Source: Gemmatimonadota bacterium (GTDB lineage: Bacteria > Gemmatimonadota > Gemmatimonadetes > Gemmatimonadales > GWC2-71-9). From it: a stretch of 64,000 nucleotides of DNA. Position numbers and translations under genes: made by a program. The notes beneath the pieces are model-generated. The model had not been told where the DNA came from and did no database searches. It saw only the letters and a list, made by a program, of their open reading frames with translations. Shown piece after piece: positions 46,320 through 56,534 of the stretch (its first letter is position 1; each line of letters opens with the position of its first letter). Location: the NCBI GenBank assembly GCA_036679605.1, contig JAZDCZ010000091.1, positions 8,521 through 72,520 on the forward strand, read 5' to 3'.

Positions 46320-47495
46320 ATGTCCAAAATCTCTGACGTTGTAGTCATTGGCGCAGGAGTGATGGGGTGTAGCACCGCATTCCACCTGGCCCAACGAGGC
46401 ATGAAAGTGACGGTGCTCGAGAAGGGCGTAATCGGCGCCGGCAGTACCGGCCGCTCCTCCGCCATCATACGGCAACACTACTCCAACGAACTGACGGCGC
46501 GCATGGCACTTCATAGTCTGCGCGTCTTTCAAAACTTCGACTCCGCGGTGGGAGGAGATTGTGAGTTCCGACAGACTGGATGGGTGGCAATCGCGCCGGC
46601 AGCGGACCGAGCGGGACTCGAGGCAAACGTAGTCATGCAGCAGGGCGTAGGCATTCAGACTCGGTTAATCAATACCGAGGAGCTGCGGGAAGTGTTGCCG
46701 GCAGCCCACAGCGAGGAGGTTGTCGCCGCGGCATATGAACCCGAGAGTGGCTACGCCGATCCACACATGACTGTCAATGGATACGCAGACGCGGCGCGCC
46801 GCCACGGGGCCGACTTTCGGCTAGACACCGAGGTCACCGGGATTCGGTTTAACGGCGATCGAGTGGTGGGCGTTGATACCTCCGACGGAGCGTACGACGC
46901 TCCGAAGTTGGTCAACTGCTCTGGTCCGTGGGCTGCCCGTGTGGCGGCGATGACTGGATACAAGGTCCCGATCAACTCGTGCCGCATACAGGTCGCCACA
47001 TTTCGTCGGCCCGCCGAATACAAAGATCCCCATCCTGTTGTGATGGATTTTGTGTTCGGGAGCTACTTTCGCTCCGAGGTCGGCAATCTGACACTCGTTG
47101 GGTCCATCGACCCCTCAGAAGCTGACGCTGTGGTCGACCCCGACAACTACCCGGAACATGTTGACTCTGAGTTCGTTGCAGACGTCGGTGAACGATTCAT
47201 ACGCCGCTGTCCACCACTCGAGCTGAGTGAGAGCACCGGAGGGTACTCCGGCCTCTACGCCGTAACCCCCGACTGGCATCCTATCGTTGACGAGCTACCG
47301 CCTGGAAGTGGGTGCTTCCTCTGCTCGGGTTTCAGCGGCCATGGGTTCAAGCTCGCTCCAGCAGTGGGTGTGATGATCGCAGATATGGTCTGTGGCGCCA
47401 AAGATCCGCTTTTCTCGCCCGAGTTGTTTCGCTTCGACCGGTTCGCAACCAACGACCTGGTTCGGGGAACCTACGAATACAGCATCACAGGCTGA
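46320..47495 (+). CDS. FAD-dependent oxidoreductase (sarcosine oxidase beta/DAO family)
   Basis: GAGVMG, TPDWHP, GFSGHGFK. Confidence 0.9.
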   Translation: MSKISDVVVIGAGVMGCSTAFHLAQRGMKVTVLEKGVIGAGSTGRSSAIIRQHYSNELTARMALHSLRVFQNFDSAVGGDCEFRQTGWVAIAPAADRAGLEANVVMQQGVGIQTRLINTEELREVLPAAHSEEVVAAAYEPESGYADPHMTVNGYADAARRHGADFRLDTEVTGIRFNGDRVVGVDTSDGAYDAPKLVNCSGPWAARVAAMTGYKVPINSCRIQVATFRRPAEYKDPHPVVMDFVFGSYFRSEVGNLTLVGSIDPSEADAVVDPDNYPEHVDSEFVADVGERFIRRCPPLELSESTGGYSGLYAVTPDWHPIVDELPPGSGCFLCSGFSGHGFKLAPAVGVMIADMVCGAKDPLFSPELFRFDRFATNDLVRGTYEYSITG

Positions 47496-47550
47496 AGTCT
47501 ACCGATTGGATAGTCTTGCGTGGGACACGGGACCCAACCATCATTGTGCC

Positions 47551-48330
47551 GTGCAAGGTCCGACCAAAGAATCGCCCCGCGACCGTAAGAATAGGAAAAT
47601 CAAACCCACTAGGGGACGAGGCAAGGTCGCCTATTACCTGTGGTCGTGGTTCAGCTATGCCTTGACGAATTCTACGGTTGCAGTCTTTTGGGTTTTGTTC
47701 CGCGTTCTGAACAGAACAACCGTCATAGGCAGGGAAAACGTAGGCGAAGATCGCAACACCCTGTTGCTCTCTAATCATCAGTCCATGATCGACAGTTTCC
47801 TTGTGGGAGTGTGCGTCTTTTTCCCTAAGTCTCTCATAAGACCGCACCTCATGCCGTGGAACCCTGCGGCGGAAGAGAATTTCTACGGGCACCCCGTACT
47901 TAGGTGGCTCTCCACCCATTGGCGATGTATTCGAGTCAAGGAAGGTCGTCGCGACCTGCACGCGTTACACCGAATGCTGGAGCTTCTTCCTACTGGAGTA
48001 ATGACATTTTTTCCTGAGGGAACCAGGAGTCGCGATGGTAGCGTTGGTTCCGGCAAGGCGGGCGCTGGGTTAGTGGTTCTTGGCACTCACCCCAAGGTGA
48101 TACCCGTAGCGATCGAGGGAATGAGGGAGGTCCTACCTATCGGCAAGACGTTCCCACGCTTCTTCAAGCGAATCTACGTGTCGTACGGGCCTGCTATCGA
48201 TTACTCAGACTTCCTAGGAAAGAAGCGCTCGCGCGAACTCGCCCAAGGTCTGGTGGACCGCGCCATGGACACGATCCGAAAGCAGCACGAGGAACTCGTG
48301 GCATTGCGCTCGGCTACAGGGGACCCATGA
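47551..48330 (+). CDS. plsC: 1-acyl-sn-glycerol-3-phosphate acyltransferase family
   Basis: NHQSMID, FPEGTRS; start uncertain. Confidence 0.85.
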   Translation: MQGPTKESPRDRKNRKIKPTRGRGKVAYYLWSWFSYALTNSTVAVFWVLFRVLNRTTVIGRENVGEDRNTLLLSNHQSMIDSFLVGVCVFFPKSLIRPHLMPWNPAAEENFYGHPVLRWLSTHWRCIRVKEGRRDLHALHRMLELLPTGVMTFFPEGTRSRDGSVGSGKAGAGLVVLGTHPKVIPVAIEGMREVLPIGKTFPRFFKRIYVSYGPAIDYSDFLGKKRSRELAQGLVDRAMDTIRKQHEELVALRSATGDP

Positions 48331-51300
48331 TCTCCCGCAGACCGGCAACAATTTCGTCCAGCCTCTGCTGCAACTCGGCGTACCGTTTGTAAGCCTCCGA
48401 ACCGGGTCTCTGATCTGCTCTACCGGTCATTCCGGCGAGGTAGGCAAGCTGACTGATCAGCATGGGCGTCTGGTACCTACCCGTGGCCGTCACGAATTTA
48501 TCCTCCAGTGCGCGTAGCCTGTCATCGATCCCACCACCAGAGTCCACTTGCTCGAGTTGCTTCCGAGTTGACACAATACTGGCCATCGTTTTCTTCGCCA
48601 AGCTCGTCAGGTCCCTGATTTTCAAGTTGAGCGCCAGCTGCGCCGCGACATCCTCCTGCGTTAGTCCGTCAGCGATAACACGGGGGTCCATGAGCAGCGT
48701 CAAGTCTCGCATCTGGCTCGATCCGTCTACGGTTAGCCGAATCTGGTATGTACCCGGAGTTACCATGGGACCGTTGCGACCCGAACGCGACGCGTTTTCA
48801 TCCCAAGCTCCGGCGTGTCGCAGGTTCCACCTGAAGCGATGCAGCCCGGCTGACTTCGGCAGTCGACCGGTACCGACACGTTCCGGCGTCACGTCGCGAC
48901 CGTCGCGTGCGGCCAGCGCACTGCTAAACTCCCGGATCAGACGACCCACATCGTCCAACACCTGCAAAGTGACTTCACCGTCCGTCTCATCTTGCAAGTA
49001 GTAGTCGATGACCGCACCAACGGGCGGGAACTCTGGATCATCGCCACGGCGTTGGAAACCGCCACGGTATCTCATTCGGTAGGCCTCGCGCGGCTGAAAC
49101 AGATGTGCCTTAGATGCCATGACCCTATCACCCAACTCATGCAGTGGGGTTACGTCATCGAGAATCCAGAACGAGCGTCCCATTGTCGAGATGACGAGAT
49201 CTTTGCGGTACACCTTTATGTCTGTGATAGGCGTAACAGGAAGATTCATCTGGAATGGTTGCCAGTTGGCGCCGTCATCAAATGACACGAACATTCCGAA
49301 CTCAGTCCCCGCGTAGAGCAGCCCCTCACGATCGGGGTCCTCACGCACGACCCTCGTCGGGAAATCGGCGGGGATGCCGTTCTCGCCCGTGGTCAGCCGA
49401 GTCCATGAGCTACCATAGTTTTCGGTCCGGTAGATGTAAGGCTGCCAATCGTCCAGCAAATACCGATACACCGCTACATATGCCTTACCGGCCCGATGTG
49501 GAGACGGCTCGATGTTCTGCACTCGGCCACCTGTTGGCAAATCCGGCGGTGTTACATCACTCCAGGTCTCTCCGGCGTCTCTTGTCATGTGCACCGGTCC
49601 ATCGTTGGCACCGGTCCAGATCAAGCCCTTTTCGATCGGCGACTCCTCGATGGCATATAGAGTGGAGTAGAACTCTTCGCCCGTGACATCGCGGGTCAGC
49701 GGCGTGCCAGAGATGACCTGTTTGTCGGGCTCAAACGCGGTAAGATCGGGTGAGATCGTCTCCCAGGTAATCCCTCCGTCGGTAGTGCGGTGCAGATATT
49801 GAGAACCGTGGTACACGACATTCGCGTCATGGGGAGAGATTTCGATCGGTGATACCCGTTGGAAGCGGTATTTTAGGTCACGCGGGTTATGTCCGTACAT
49901 GTTTCCTGCGCCCACGTAATACTGCTGCTCTTGACCCGTAGTCTTGTTGTACCTCCCGAACCGACCCTTACAATTGGAAAACACGATGTTCGGATCGCCC
50001 GGCTTGGGGACCGCGGGCCCGGTCTCGCAACCACCGATCGCCCTCCAATACCCGCTGGCACCCGCCGCCATTGAATAGGGTGGGAGACTGGGTACCATGA
50101 TAGTGCTGTTGTCCTGCTGCCCGGCGTAGACCCAATAGGGAAACTGATCGTCCACGTCCACCTGATAGAGTTCCGCGGTAGGCTGATTGAGCAGAGACGA
50201 CCACGTTCTTCCACTGTCCAATGTCACCGTCGCTCCACCATCATTTGCCTGGATGAAAATGCCGGGATCGTTGGGATTGATCCACATGTCGTGGTTGTCA
50301 CCGTGAGGTGTGGATCTTCTGGAGAAGGTCTTGCCACCATCGAGCGATCGATAAAACCGCGTCGCGTTGACGTAGAGCAGGTCGGCGTTGGTAGGATCGA
50401 CGTCGATGTTGGTGTAATAGAAAGGTCTATCGAGCAAACCCGACTCAGTGTTGACCAAACGGAAGCTCTCGCCGCGGTCGTCGGACCGATATACTCCCCC
50501 CTCGCCCTCGGGCGCCTCCATCAAGACATAGAGCCGGTTGGGATCCGCCGGCGAAACTGCCAGGTCGCTCTTTCCGACCAGTCCACTGGGGAGCCCGTCG
50601 GTAAGCTTGGTCCACGAGTCACCGCCATCCCGCGATTTGTATACGCCACCCTCGTAGGCGCCGCTAATGATGGTCCACGGCTTGCGCTCTCCACGCCACA
50701 TGGAGGCGTACACCTCGTCCGGATTGTCGGGGGCGAACTCCAGGTCTACCGCACCGGTACTGTCCGAGACGAACAGAACCTTGGTCCATGACACTCCACC
50801 ATCTCTAGTGCGATAGACACCACGATCCGGATTGGGGCCGAAGGCATGGCCCATCGCGGCGACGAAAGCGACGTCGGGGTCTTGCGGGTTGATCTGAACC
50901 GCTCCGATCTGACCGACGTCTCTCAGCCCAACGAAAGTCCAACTCTTACCCGCGTCGGTCGATTTATAGACCCCGCGGCCCGTTATCACGTTGGAGCGAA
51001 TACCGTCCGAACCGGTGCCGGCGTAAATGATGTCGGGATCGGAGTCCGCTACATCAATGGCACCTATCGAGGCCGTAGCAAAGTACCCGTCAGAGATGTT
51101 CGTCCAACGGCGTCCGTAGTCAGTTGTTTTCCAGACACCACCGCCGGTGCTCCCCATGTAGAATGTTGCGGGCTGGGCTGCGACTCCCGTAACCGTCGTT
51201 ACGCGGCCGCCGCGGGACGGGCCGATCATGCGGTACTTGAAGTGGTCAAACAGGGAGGAATTAACCTGCGCGCATAGCGGTGTCATTCCCGCTCCGAGCG

Positions 51301-51355
51301 CAATACAACAAGTAGAGAGGAACAAAACGGTCTTGAACGGGTTCACCGATCGCAT
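48314..51355 (-). CDS. BNR/VPS10 (sortilin-like) beta-propeller glycosyl hydrolase-like protein
   Basis: GPSRGGR, repeated SxDxGxTW Asp-boxes. Confidence 0.9.
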   Translation of the reverse strand: MRSVNPFKTVLFLSTCCIALGAGMTPLCAQVNSSLFDHFKYRMIGPSRGGRVTTVTGVAAQPATFYMGSTGGGVWKTTDYGRRWTNISDGYFATASIGAIDVADSDPDIIYAGTGSDGIRSNVITGRGVYKSTDAGKSWTFVGLRDVGQIGAVQINPQDPDVAFVAAMGHAFGPNPDRGVYRTRDGGVSWTKVLFVSDSTGAVDLEFAPDNPDEVYASMWRGERKPWTIISGAYEGGVYKSRDGGDSWTKLTDGLPSGLVGKSDLAVSPADPNRLYVLMEAPEGEGGVYRSDDRGESFRLVNTESGLLDRPFYYTNIDVDPTNADLLYVNATRFYRSLDGGKTFSRRSTPHGDNHDMWINPNDPGIFIQANDGGATVTLDSGRTWSSLLNQPTAELYQVDVDDQFPYWVYAGQQDNSTIMVPSLPPYSMAAGASGYWRAIGGCETGPAVPKPGDPNIVFSNCKGRFGRYNKTTGQEQQYYVGAGNMYGHNPRDLKYRFQRVSPIEISPHDANVVYHGSQYLHRTTDGGITWETISPDLTAFEPDKQVISGTPLTRDVTGEEFYSTLYAIEESPIEKGLIWTGANDGPVHMTRDAGETWSDVTPPDLPTGGRVQNIEPSPHRAGKAYVAVYRYLLDDWQPYIYRTENYGSSWTRLTTGENGIPADFPTRVVREDPDREGLLYAGTEFGMFVSFDDGANWQPFQMNLPVTPITDIKVYRKDLVISTMGRSFWILDDVTPLHELGDRVMASKAHLFQPREAYRMRYRGGFQRRGDDPEFPPVGAVIDYYLQDETDGEVTLQVLDDVGRLIREFSSALAARDGRDVTPERVGTGRLPKSAGLHRFRWNLRHAGAWDENASRSGRNGPMVTPGTYQIRLTVDGSSQMRDLTLLMDPRVIADGLTQEDVAAQLALNLKIRDLTSLAKKTMASIVSTRKQLEQVDSGGGIDDRLRALEDKFVTATGRYQTPMLISQLAYLAGMTGRADQRPGSEAYKRYAELQQRLDEIVAGLREIMGPL

Positions 51356-51498
51356 GGAAGCTCCTGTTGGTATTTGCAGTAGGCCCAGTTGGCTGCACTG
51401 GCTGCGTCTCATAACTCAGGCCAATATACCGTGGTGGTAGTACCCTGCCGAGCTTCGGCCTCGCCGTGCCGGACAGGATCGCATATGTTGTTGTCGCA

Positions 51499-54009
51499 AT
51501 GGCCGCCGTCATAGACAAACTCAAAGCCGCCCTAGAGGGTCACTACTCGATCGAGCGAGAACTTGGTGAGGGGGGAATGGCCCTGGTTTTCCTCGCCCAC
51601 GACGATAAGCTCGACAGGGAAGTAGCGATCAAGGTGATGAAACCGGACCTGACCGCAAGCGTCGGGGCCGAGCGTTTTCTGCGCGAGATTCGGATTGCGG
51701 CCAAGCTCAATCACCCGCACATCCTGCCGGTGTTCGATTCCGGTGATGCCGACGGGCTGCTCTACTACGTAATGCCCTTCATACAGGGCGAGTCCTTATC
51801 CGACCTGCTTGCCCGCGAGCAACAGCTGTCGATAGAGGATGCCGTACGCATTACCTGCGAGGTGGCTGAGGCCTTAGCGGAGGCCCACAGCCAAGATATC
51901 ATCCATAGAGACATCAAACCGCAGAACATCATGATGTCGGGCGGCCATGCGATCGTGGCCGATTTCGGAATCGCGAGAGCAGTGAGTTCGGCGGGAGCGG
52001 AGAGCCTGACTCAGACAGGCACGTCCGTGGGTACCCCAGCCTACATGAGTCCCGAACAGTCGGCCGGCGATCCGAATGTGGACGGCCGCGCCGACATCTA
52101 CAGCTTGGGTTGTGTTCTCTACGAACTGCTGGTGGGCCAGATCCCGTTCACCGGGGCCACGCCGCAGCAGATAATGGCACGCCATTCCATCGATATGGTC
52201 CCTCCGCCACACATCATGCGGCAGTCCATTCCGGATGAGCTGGAAGACGTCATCATGTGCGCGCTGGCCAAGGTGCCGGCGGATCGGTTCCGGACCGCGC
52301 AACAATTCGCTGAGGCGCTGACCGCTATAGCCTCAGGACAGGTACCGCACGTACGAACCACAGGGATACAGCGGCGCCACACGCAGCGGAAGCGGCGCTC
52401 GGCCATGCTGTGGCCCGCGACTATAGGTGCGGTCGTGGTGGTCGTGGGAGGAGCGATAGGCTGGCAGGCCATGAGAGGAAATTCCTCACCGGCTCCAACC
52501 GGCGATGGGCTTGATCCAAGTCGTATTGCCGTGCTGTATTTCGAAGATCTCAGTTCGGACGGAGATCTGGGATACATTGCGGATGGACTAACCGAAGGGT
52601 TAATCGACGAACTGTCGGATGTGCGGGGACTCTCGATCATATCCCGAAACGGAGTGGCTCCGTTCAGAGATGAGAACATCGCCCGAGACAGCATAGCTCG
52701 GGCGTTGGGGGTGGGCAGCTTGATCGTCGGAAGTGTGGAGCAGTCTAGGGATCGACTGCGGGTTACGGCGCGACTGGTCGATGGAAACAGTGCCGCTGAT
52801 TTTGCGCGAGCGAGCTTCGAACTCCCAAGTGACCAGCTGTTGGCAGCAAAGGATTCCATAGTCCAAGAGGTCTCTCGGTTGCTGCGCGAGCGTCTGGGCG
52901 AGGAAATTCGCATACGAGCCAGGAAGGCGAGCACCACAAGTGTTCGGGCATGGTCTCTCGTTCAGCTCGGCGAGAAGGCGAAGAAGGATGCGACAGAGTT
53001 GGTGAGCAGGAACGATAGCGACGGTGCGGTAATAAAGTATGCGGAGGCAGATTCATTACTGGCGCTGGCCGAGCAGGAAGATCCGAATTGGACCGAGCCA
53101 ATAGTTCTCCGCGGCTGGATCAGTTCAGGCCAAGCAGAACTCGTACGCGGCCCCGCCGGTCAGCACCATGTAGACGAGGGGTTGGAGCATGCCGCACGCG
53201 CTCTTGATCTCGCCCCGAACGATGCTCCTGCGCTCGAGCTGCGTGGCAGCCTGAGGTACTTATCCTGGGGCCAGAGATTCTCTACAGACCCTGCGGAGCA
53301 GCAACAACTCCTGGCTGACGCCCGTGCAGATCTGGAACAGGCAATCGAGCAGGATCCGACCATTACCCGCGCTCGTGTTGCTTTGACATTCCTGTACTAC
53401 CAGACCGACGACACGCCTGCGGCGCTCCTGATGGCCCAGAGGGCACTTGAGGAAGACGCGTATCTCACCCGGGCCGCAGACGTTTTGGATCGTCTTTTTT
53501 GGGGATCGATCGATCTCGAACAGTTCCGGCAGGCGCGGCGGTGGTGTGGAGACGGTGCGCGCCGGTTCCAGCGCGACTACCGGTTCGTTGCTTGCCAGAT
53601 GTGGGTCATGGTGACGCCGGCGGTTGAGGCAGACGTGGCAAAGGCGTGGCGTTTACTCGCCGCACTGGACACGGTCACACCCGAAATCGGTCGACCGTAT
53701 ATGGCTGCTTTAGGGAGACTGCTCGTTGGAGGCACCTTGGCCCGGGCCGGTCTCGAGGACAGCTCGCGTGCGGTCCTCTTGGAGGGGCGGGGGATGGCTA
53801 CCTTCGAGGTCGATCCGAGCCAGGGACTCCTGGCCCGGGAGGCATACATGCGGACCCTACTCGGCGACTATGACGAGGCAATCGATCTGCTGAAACGCGC
53901 GGTGGCAGCAGAACCCGGGCACGGTTTCGAGCACCAGGCGGGAGATTGGTGGTGGCGCGAACTCCGGGATCATCCCCGTTTCAGCGAACTCACCGGTTCC
54001 GGTGGATAG
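51499..54009 (+). CDS. Ser/Thr protein kinase with TM, TolB-N-like and TPR-like regions
   Basis: GEGGMA, HRDIKPQN, DFG, IAVLYFED. Confidence 0.93.
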   Translation: MAAVIDKLKAALEGHYSIERELGEGGMALVFLAHDDKLDREVAIKVMKPDLTASVGAERFLREIRIAAKLNHPHILPVFDSGDADGLLYYVMPFIQGESLSDLLAREQQLSIEDAVRITCEVAEALAEAHSQDIIHRDIKPQNIMMSGGHAIVADFGIARAVSSAGAESLTQTGTSVGTPAYMSPEQSAGDPNVDGRADIYSLGCVLYELLVGQIPFTGATPQQIMARHSIDMVPPPHIMRQSIPDELEDVIMCALAKVPADRFRTAQQFAEALTAIASGQVPHVRTTGIQRRHTQRKRRSAMLWPATIGAVVVVVGGAIGWQAMRGNSSPAPTGDGLDPSRIAVLYFEDLSSDGDLGYIADGLTEGLIDELSDVRGLSIISRNGVAPFRDENIARDSIARALGVGSLIVGSVEQSRDRLRVTARLVDGNSAADFARASFELPSDQLLAAKDSIVQEVSRLLRERLGEEIRIRARKASTTSVRAWSLVQLGEKAKKDATELVSRNDSDGAVIKYAEADSLLALAEQEDPNWTEPIVLRGWISSGQAELVRGPAGQHHVDEGLEHAARALDLAPNDAPALELRGSLRYLSWGQRFSTDPAEQQQLLADARADLEQAIEQDPTITRARVALTFLYYQTDDTPAALLMAQRALEEDAYLTRAADVLDRLFWGSIDLEQFRQARRWCGDGARRFQRDYRFVACQMWVMVTPAVEADVAKAWRLLAALDTVTPEIGRPYMAALGRLLVGGTLARAGLEDSSRAVLLEGRGMATFEVDPSQGLLAREAYMRTLLGDYDEAIDLLKRAVAAEPGHGFEHQAGDWWWRELRDHPRFSELTGSGG

Positions 54010-54245
54010 CGGCAGAAGAATGACGTGTGTTGCGTTCAGGCGGCTACTGTTGTAGCTCCCCCATTAGGTACCAAATAGAAACACTCCGAGCGGGCCGTTT
54101 TGCCCCAATTGCCGCCACAAAATGGAGCCCTCATGTGGCGCAGCAATTGCTTGACAAGCCCTGTAAGCGTGTGCACTTTCGCCAATCTCAGGGTTCGTCG
54201 TCCGCCTGAGCCGTAATCTGGAGACAATATTAAGGAGTGGTACCA

Positions 54246-56354
54246 ATGAAACGCCTGTTCCTGCTTTCCGCCGTGGCAGTGTTCTTGGCTGCCTGTAACG
54301 ATTCCCAAGTTCCCTCACTTGCAGACCCTGAAGGCCCGAACCTGAACGTAATGGATGGAGCCCACGAGGCCTGTGATTCTGGCCCCTGTGAGCATTTCTT
54401 CTTCATGCCCCCGCTGGTGCCGACGCCGAACCCGACCGGCACGTTCAACTCGGTTCTCAAGCCGCACATAATAGTCACTACGCTTCCGTTCTTGTCAGAC
54501 GGGGTTACCCCCGCCGACACTAGCCTGGCATGCGTCACGACCGGGGCGCAAGTTGCGGAGTTCCTGACATCCGAGATAACTGCAGACGTCACCAACGAGA
54601 TCTACAGTGTCGGCTGGCAGACAGGCGCATCAAACTTGACGGCCGGAACCGGCTACAGGATTTGCGTGAAGCTAGGAAGCATCGACCTTGGCTTCCGCGA
54701 CGTACAGCCCGATGAAAACGGTGCTGACGTACCGCGTAACCCCGAACAGCTGCCGATCTTGGAGTTCAACAACGGTAGTAACCTGCCCATCAAGTTCAGA
54801 ATCGAGAGCGGCATACTGTGCAACAACGATGACGACTGTGGTGAAGGGTCGGTTGGCACCGGTGGTGGCCAGGTCGTGACCAACACACTCCGCGCCGGAA
54901 TAGATGTTTCCGGTGGACTCGTGACTGGTGACGTAAACCTTATCATAGAGCGCGTCAACTGTCCCGTTACGGACGGGCGTGTCACGTTCTTGCCGCTGGA
55001 CATACCGCAGTTTGCAGGGTGCTATGACGTGAGAACCGCCGAGGACAACGTCACTTTTGCCAACCCTGGTACGATCGTAGGCGTGTGTTTGGACATTGCC
55101 GCGGCGACTGCGGCAGGCCTTACGGATGATCAAGTCGACCGGCTCCAACTGCACCATCGGAGGACCAGCGATGAAGTAGTTGAGGCATTGCGCAGCACGG
55201 CGGCTCCGTTCGTTGATTGTTTGAACTTTGTCGGCATGGGCAGCGACAACAAGTTGGTGCGGTTTGCTCGCCGAGGGTTGCGGGCAGTGCAGAGTGTCCT
55301 GGCGCCGTGGTTCAGTCCGCCGCCCGTAGCGGCGTTCGACAACGGGTTCGGCGGTGGCGGTTTCCGACCCGGTAGCCCACTCGTCTGGGCGCTTCCATCC
55401 CAGATGGAGATCGTGGACGGGCTCTCCGATGGTTTTGGCAAGGTCGGAGAAGCAAGTGAACCAGCACCGCAGGTTCTTGTTACTGACGCCGGCGGAGACC
55501 CGGTTCCGGGTGCGACAGTACGGTTCGACATTACCCTTCCCACTAGTGATGCACTTGGGAGTGTAGTGACGGGCACAGACGGCATCGCTACGGTCAACTG
55601 GATTCTCGGCAGCAATCCCAACGCCCTCGACGCCAGCGGCGTCGGTATCGGATTGGGCATCCCGGCGCAGGGCACTCACCTCCAGCGATCACCTCCCGGC
55701 GGTAGCGGTGTCTTTGCCGACCATGTAAACAACTTGGTCGAACTCGGCACCGGAGTGCTCAAGTTCACGGCCACCGCCTGTGATCCATCGACAGTACAAG
55801 TCTCGGTCGATGGCTCGATCGGGGTCTCGGAATACCCCAACGACACCGCATTTATAGCCAACATATCGGGCGGCGACGCACCTGCAACGCTCTATTGGGC
55901 CAACGACTGCGACAATCTCTATCTGGCCGTTGAGGTCGAACGTGACGCGGCGGACAAGATCAACATCTTGAGGTTCGACTTCGACAACGACAATGACGGG
56001 GCGCCCGACGCTGGTGACGACGTCTTGGTCTTCAACGGTGATGTGGGAGGCTTCAGCGACATGTTCCTCACCGCGAATTGCCTCAAGAAGAAGCAGTCGT
56101 CGTGCGGTGAGGAGGATCCGATCTCCAACGGCTCTGGTGAGCAGGTGTTCGATGGAACGAGTCTCAGCGTCTACGAGGTCTCGCATCCCTTGAAGAGTGG
56201 GGACGCCGCGCACGACTTCCAGCTCGACTTCGGCGACACCGTCGGCATGTTCCTGACGTTAAGCCTTGGCAAGGGCGCACAAGGTAATACGCAGGTCCCA
56301 GGGTTCCGCGTATATCTTCCGATCACGATCACCATTCCTGGCGCTACACCGTAG
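54246..56354 (+). CDS. Large surface lipoprotein with Ig-like domain
   Basis: Lipobox LAAC; VTDAGGDPVPGATVRF. Confidence 0.75.
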   Translation: MKRLFLLSAVAVFLAACNDSQVPSLADPEGPNLNVMDGAHEACDSGPCEHFFFMPPLVPTPNPTGTFNSVLKPHIIVTTLPFLSDGVTPADTSLACVTTGAQVAEFLTSEITADVTNEIYSVGWQTGASNLTAGTGYRICVKLGSIDLGFRDVQPDENGADVPRNPEQLPILEFNNGSNLPIKFRIESGILCNNDDDCGEGSVGTGGGQVVTNTLRAGIDVSGGLVTGDVNLIIERVNCPVTDGRVTFLPLDIPQFAGCYDVRTAEDNVTFANPGTIVGVCLDIAAATAAGLTDDQVDRLQLHHRRTSDEVVEALRSTAAPFVDCLNFVGMGSDNKLVRFARRGLRAVQSVLAPWFSPPPVAAFDNGFGGGGFRPGSPLVWALPSQMEIVDGLSDGFGKVGEASEPAPQVLVTDAGGDPVPGATVRFDITLPTSDALGSVVTGTDGIATVNWILGSNPNALDASGVGIGLGIPAQGTHLQRSPPGGSGVFADHVNNLVELGTGVLKFTATACDPSTVQVSVDGSIGVSEYPNDTAFIANISGGDAPATLYWANDCDNLYLAVEVERDAADKINILRFDFDNDNDGAPDAGDDVLVFNGDVGGFSDMFLTANCLKKKQSSCGEEDPISNGSGEQVFDGTSLSVYEVSHPLKSGDAAHDFQLDFGDTVGMFLTLSLGKGAQGNTQVPGFRVYLPITITIPGATP

Positions 56355-56384
56355 CCCCAGGGCGTTCCGCACGCCGCCGTCAAC

Positions 56385-56417
56385 AAGGGCCTCCAGAACC
56401 ATTCTCTTCTGGGGGCC
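56385..56417 (+). terminator. Hairpin after lipoprotein gene
   Basis: GGCCTCCAGAA...TTCTGGGGGCC; no clear U-tract. Confidence 0.4.
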
Positions 56418-56534
56418 TGTGGCGTTCTAGCCGCCACCTCCCCGGCCGGTAGCCTACCTGCTATACTACCGGGCGGTAAATCCCTTCAGGTAAAGCACAA
56501 GAAACAAGTGGGCCCGCGCCCCGGAGGAAACGTC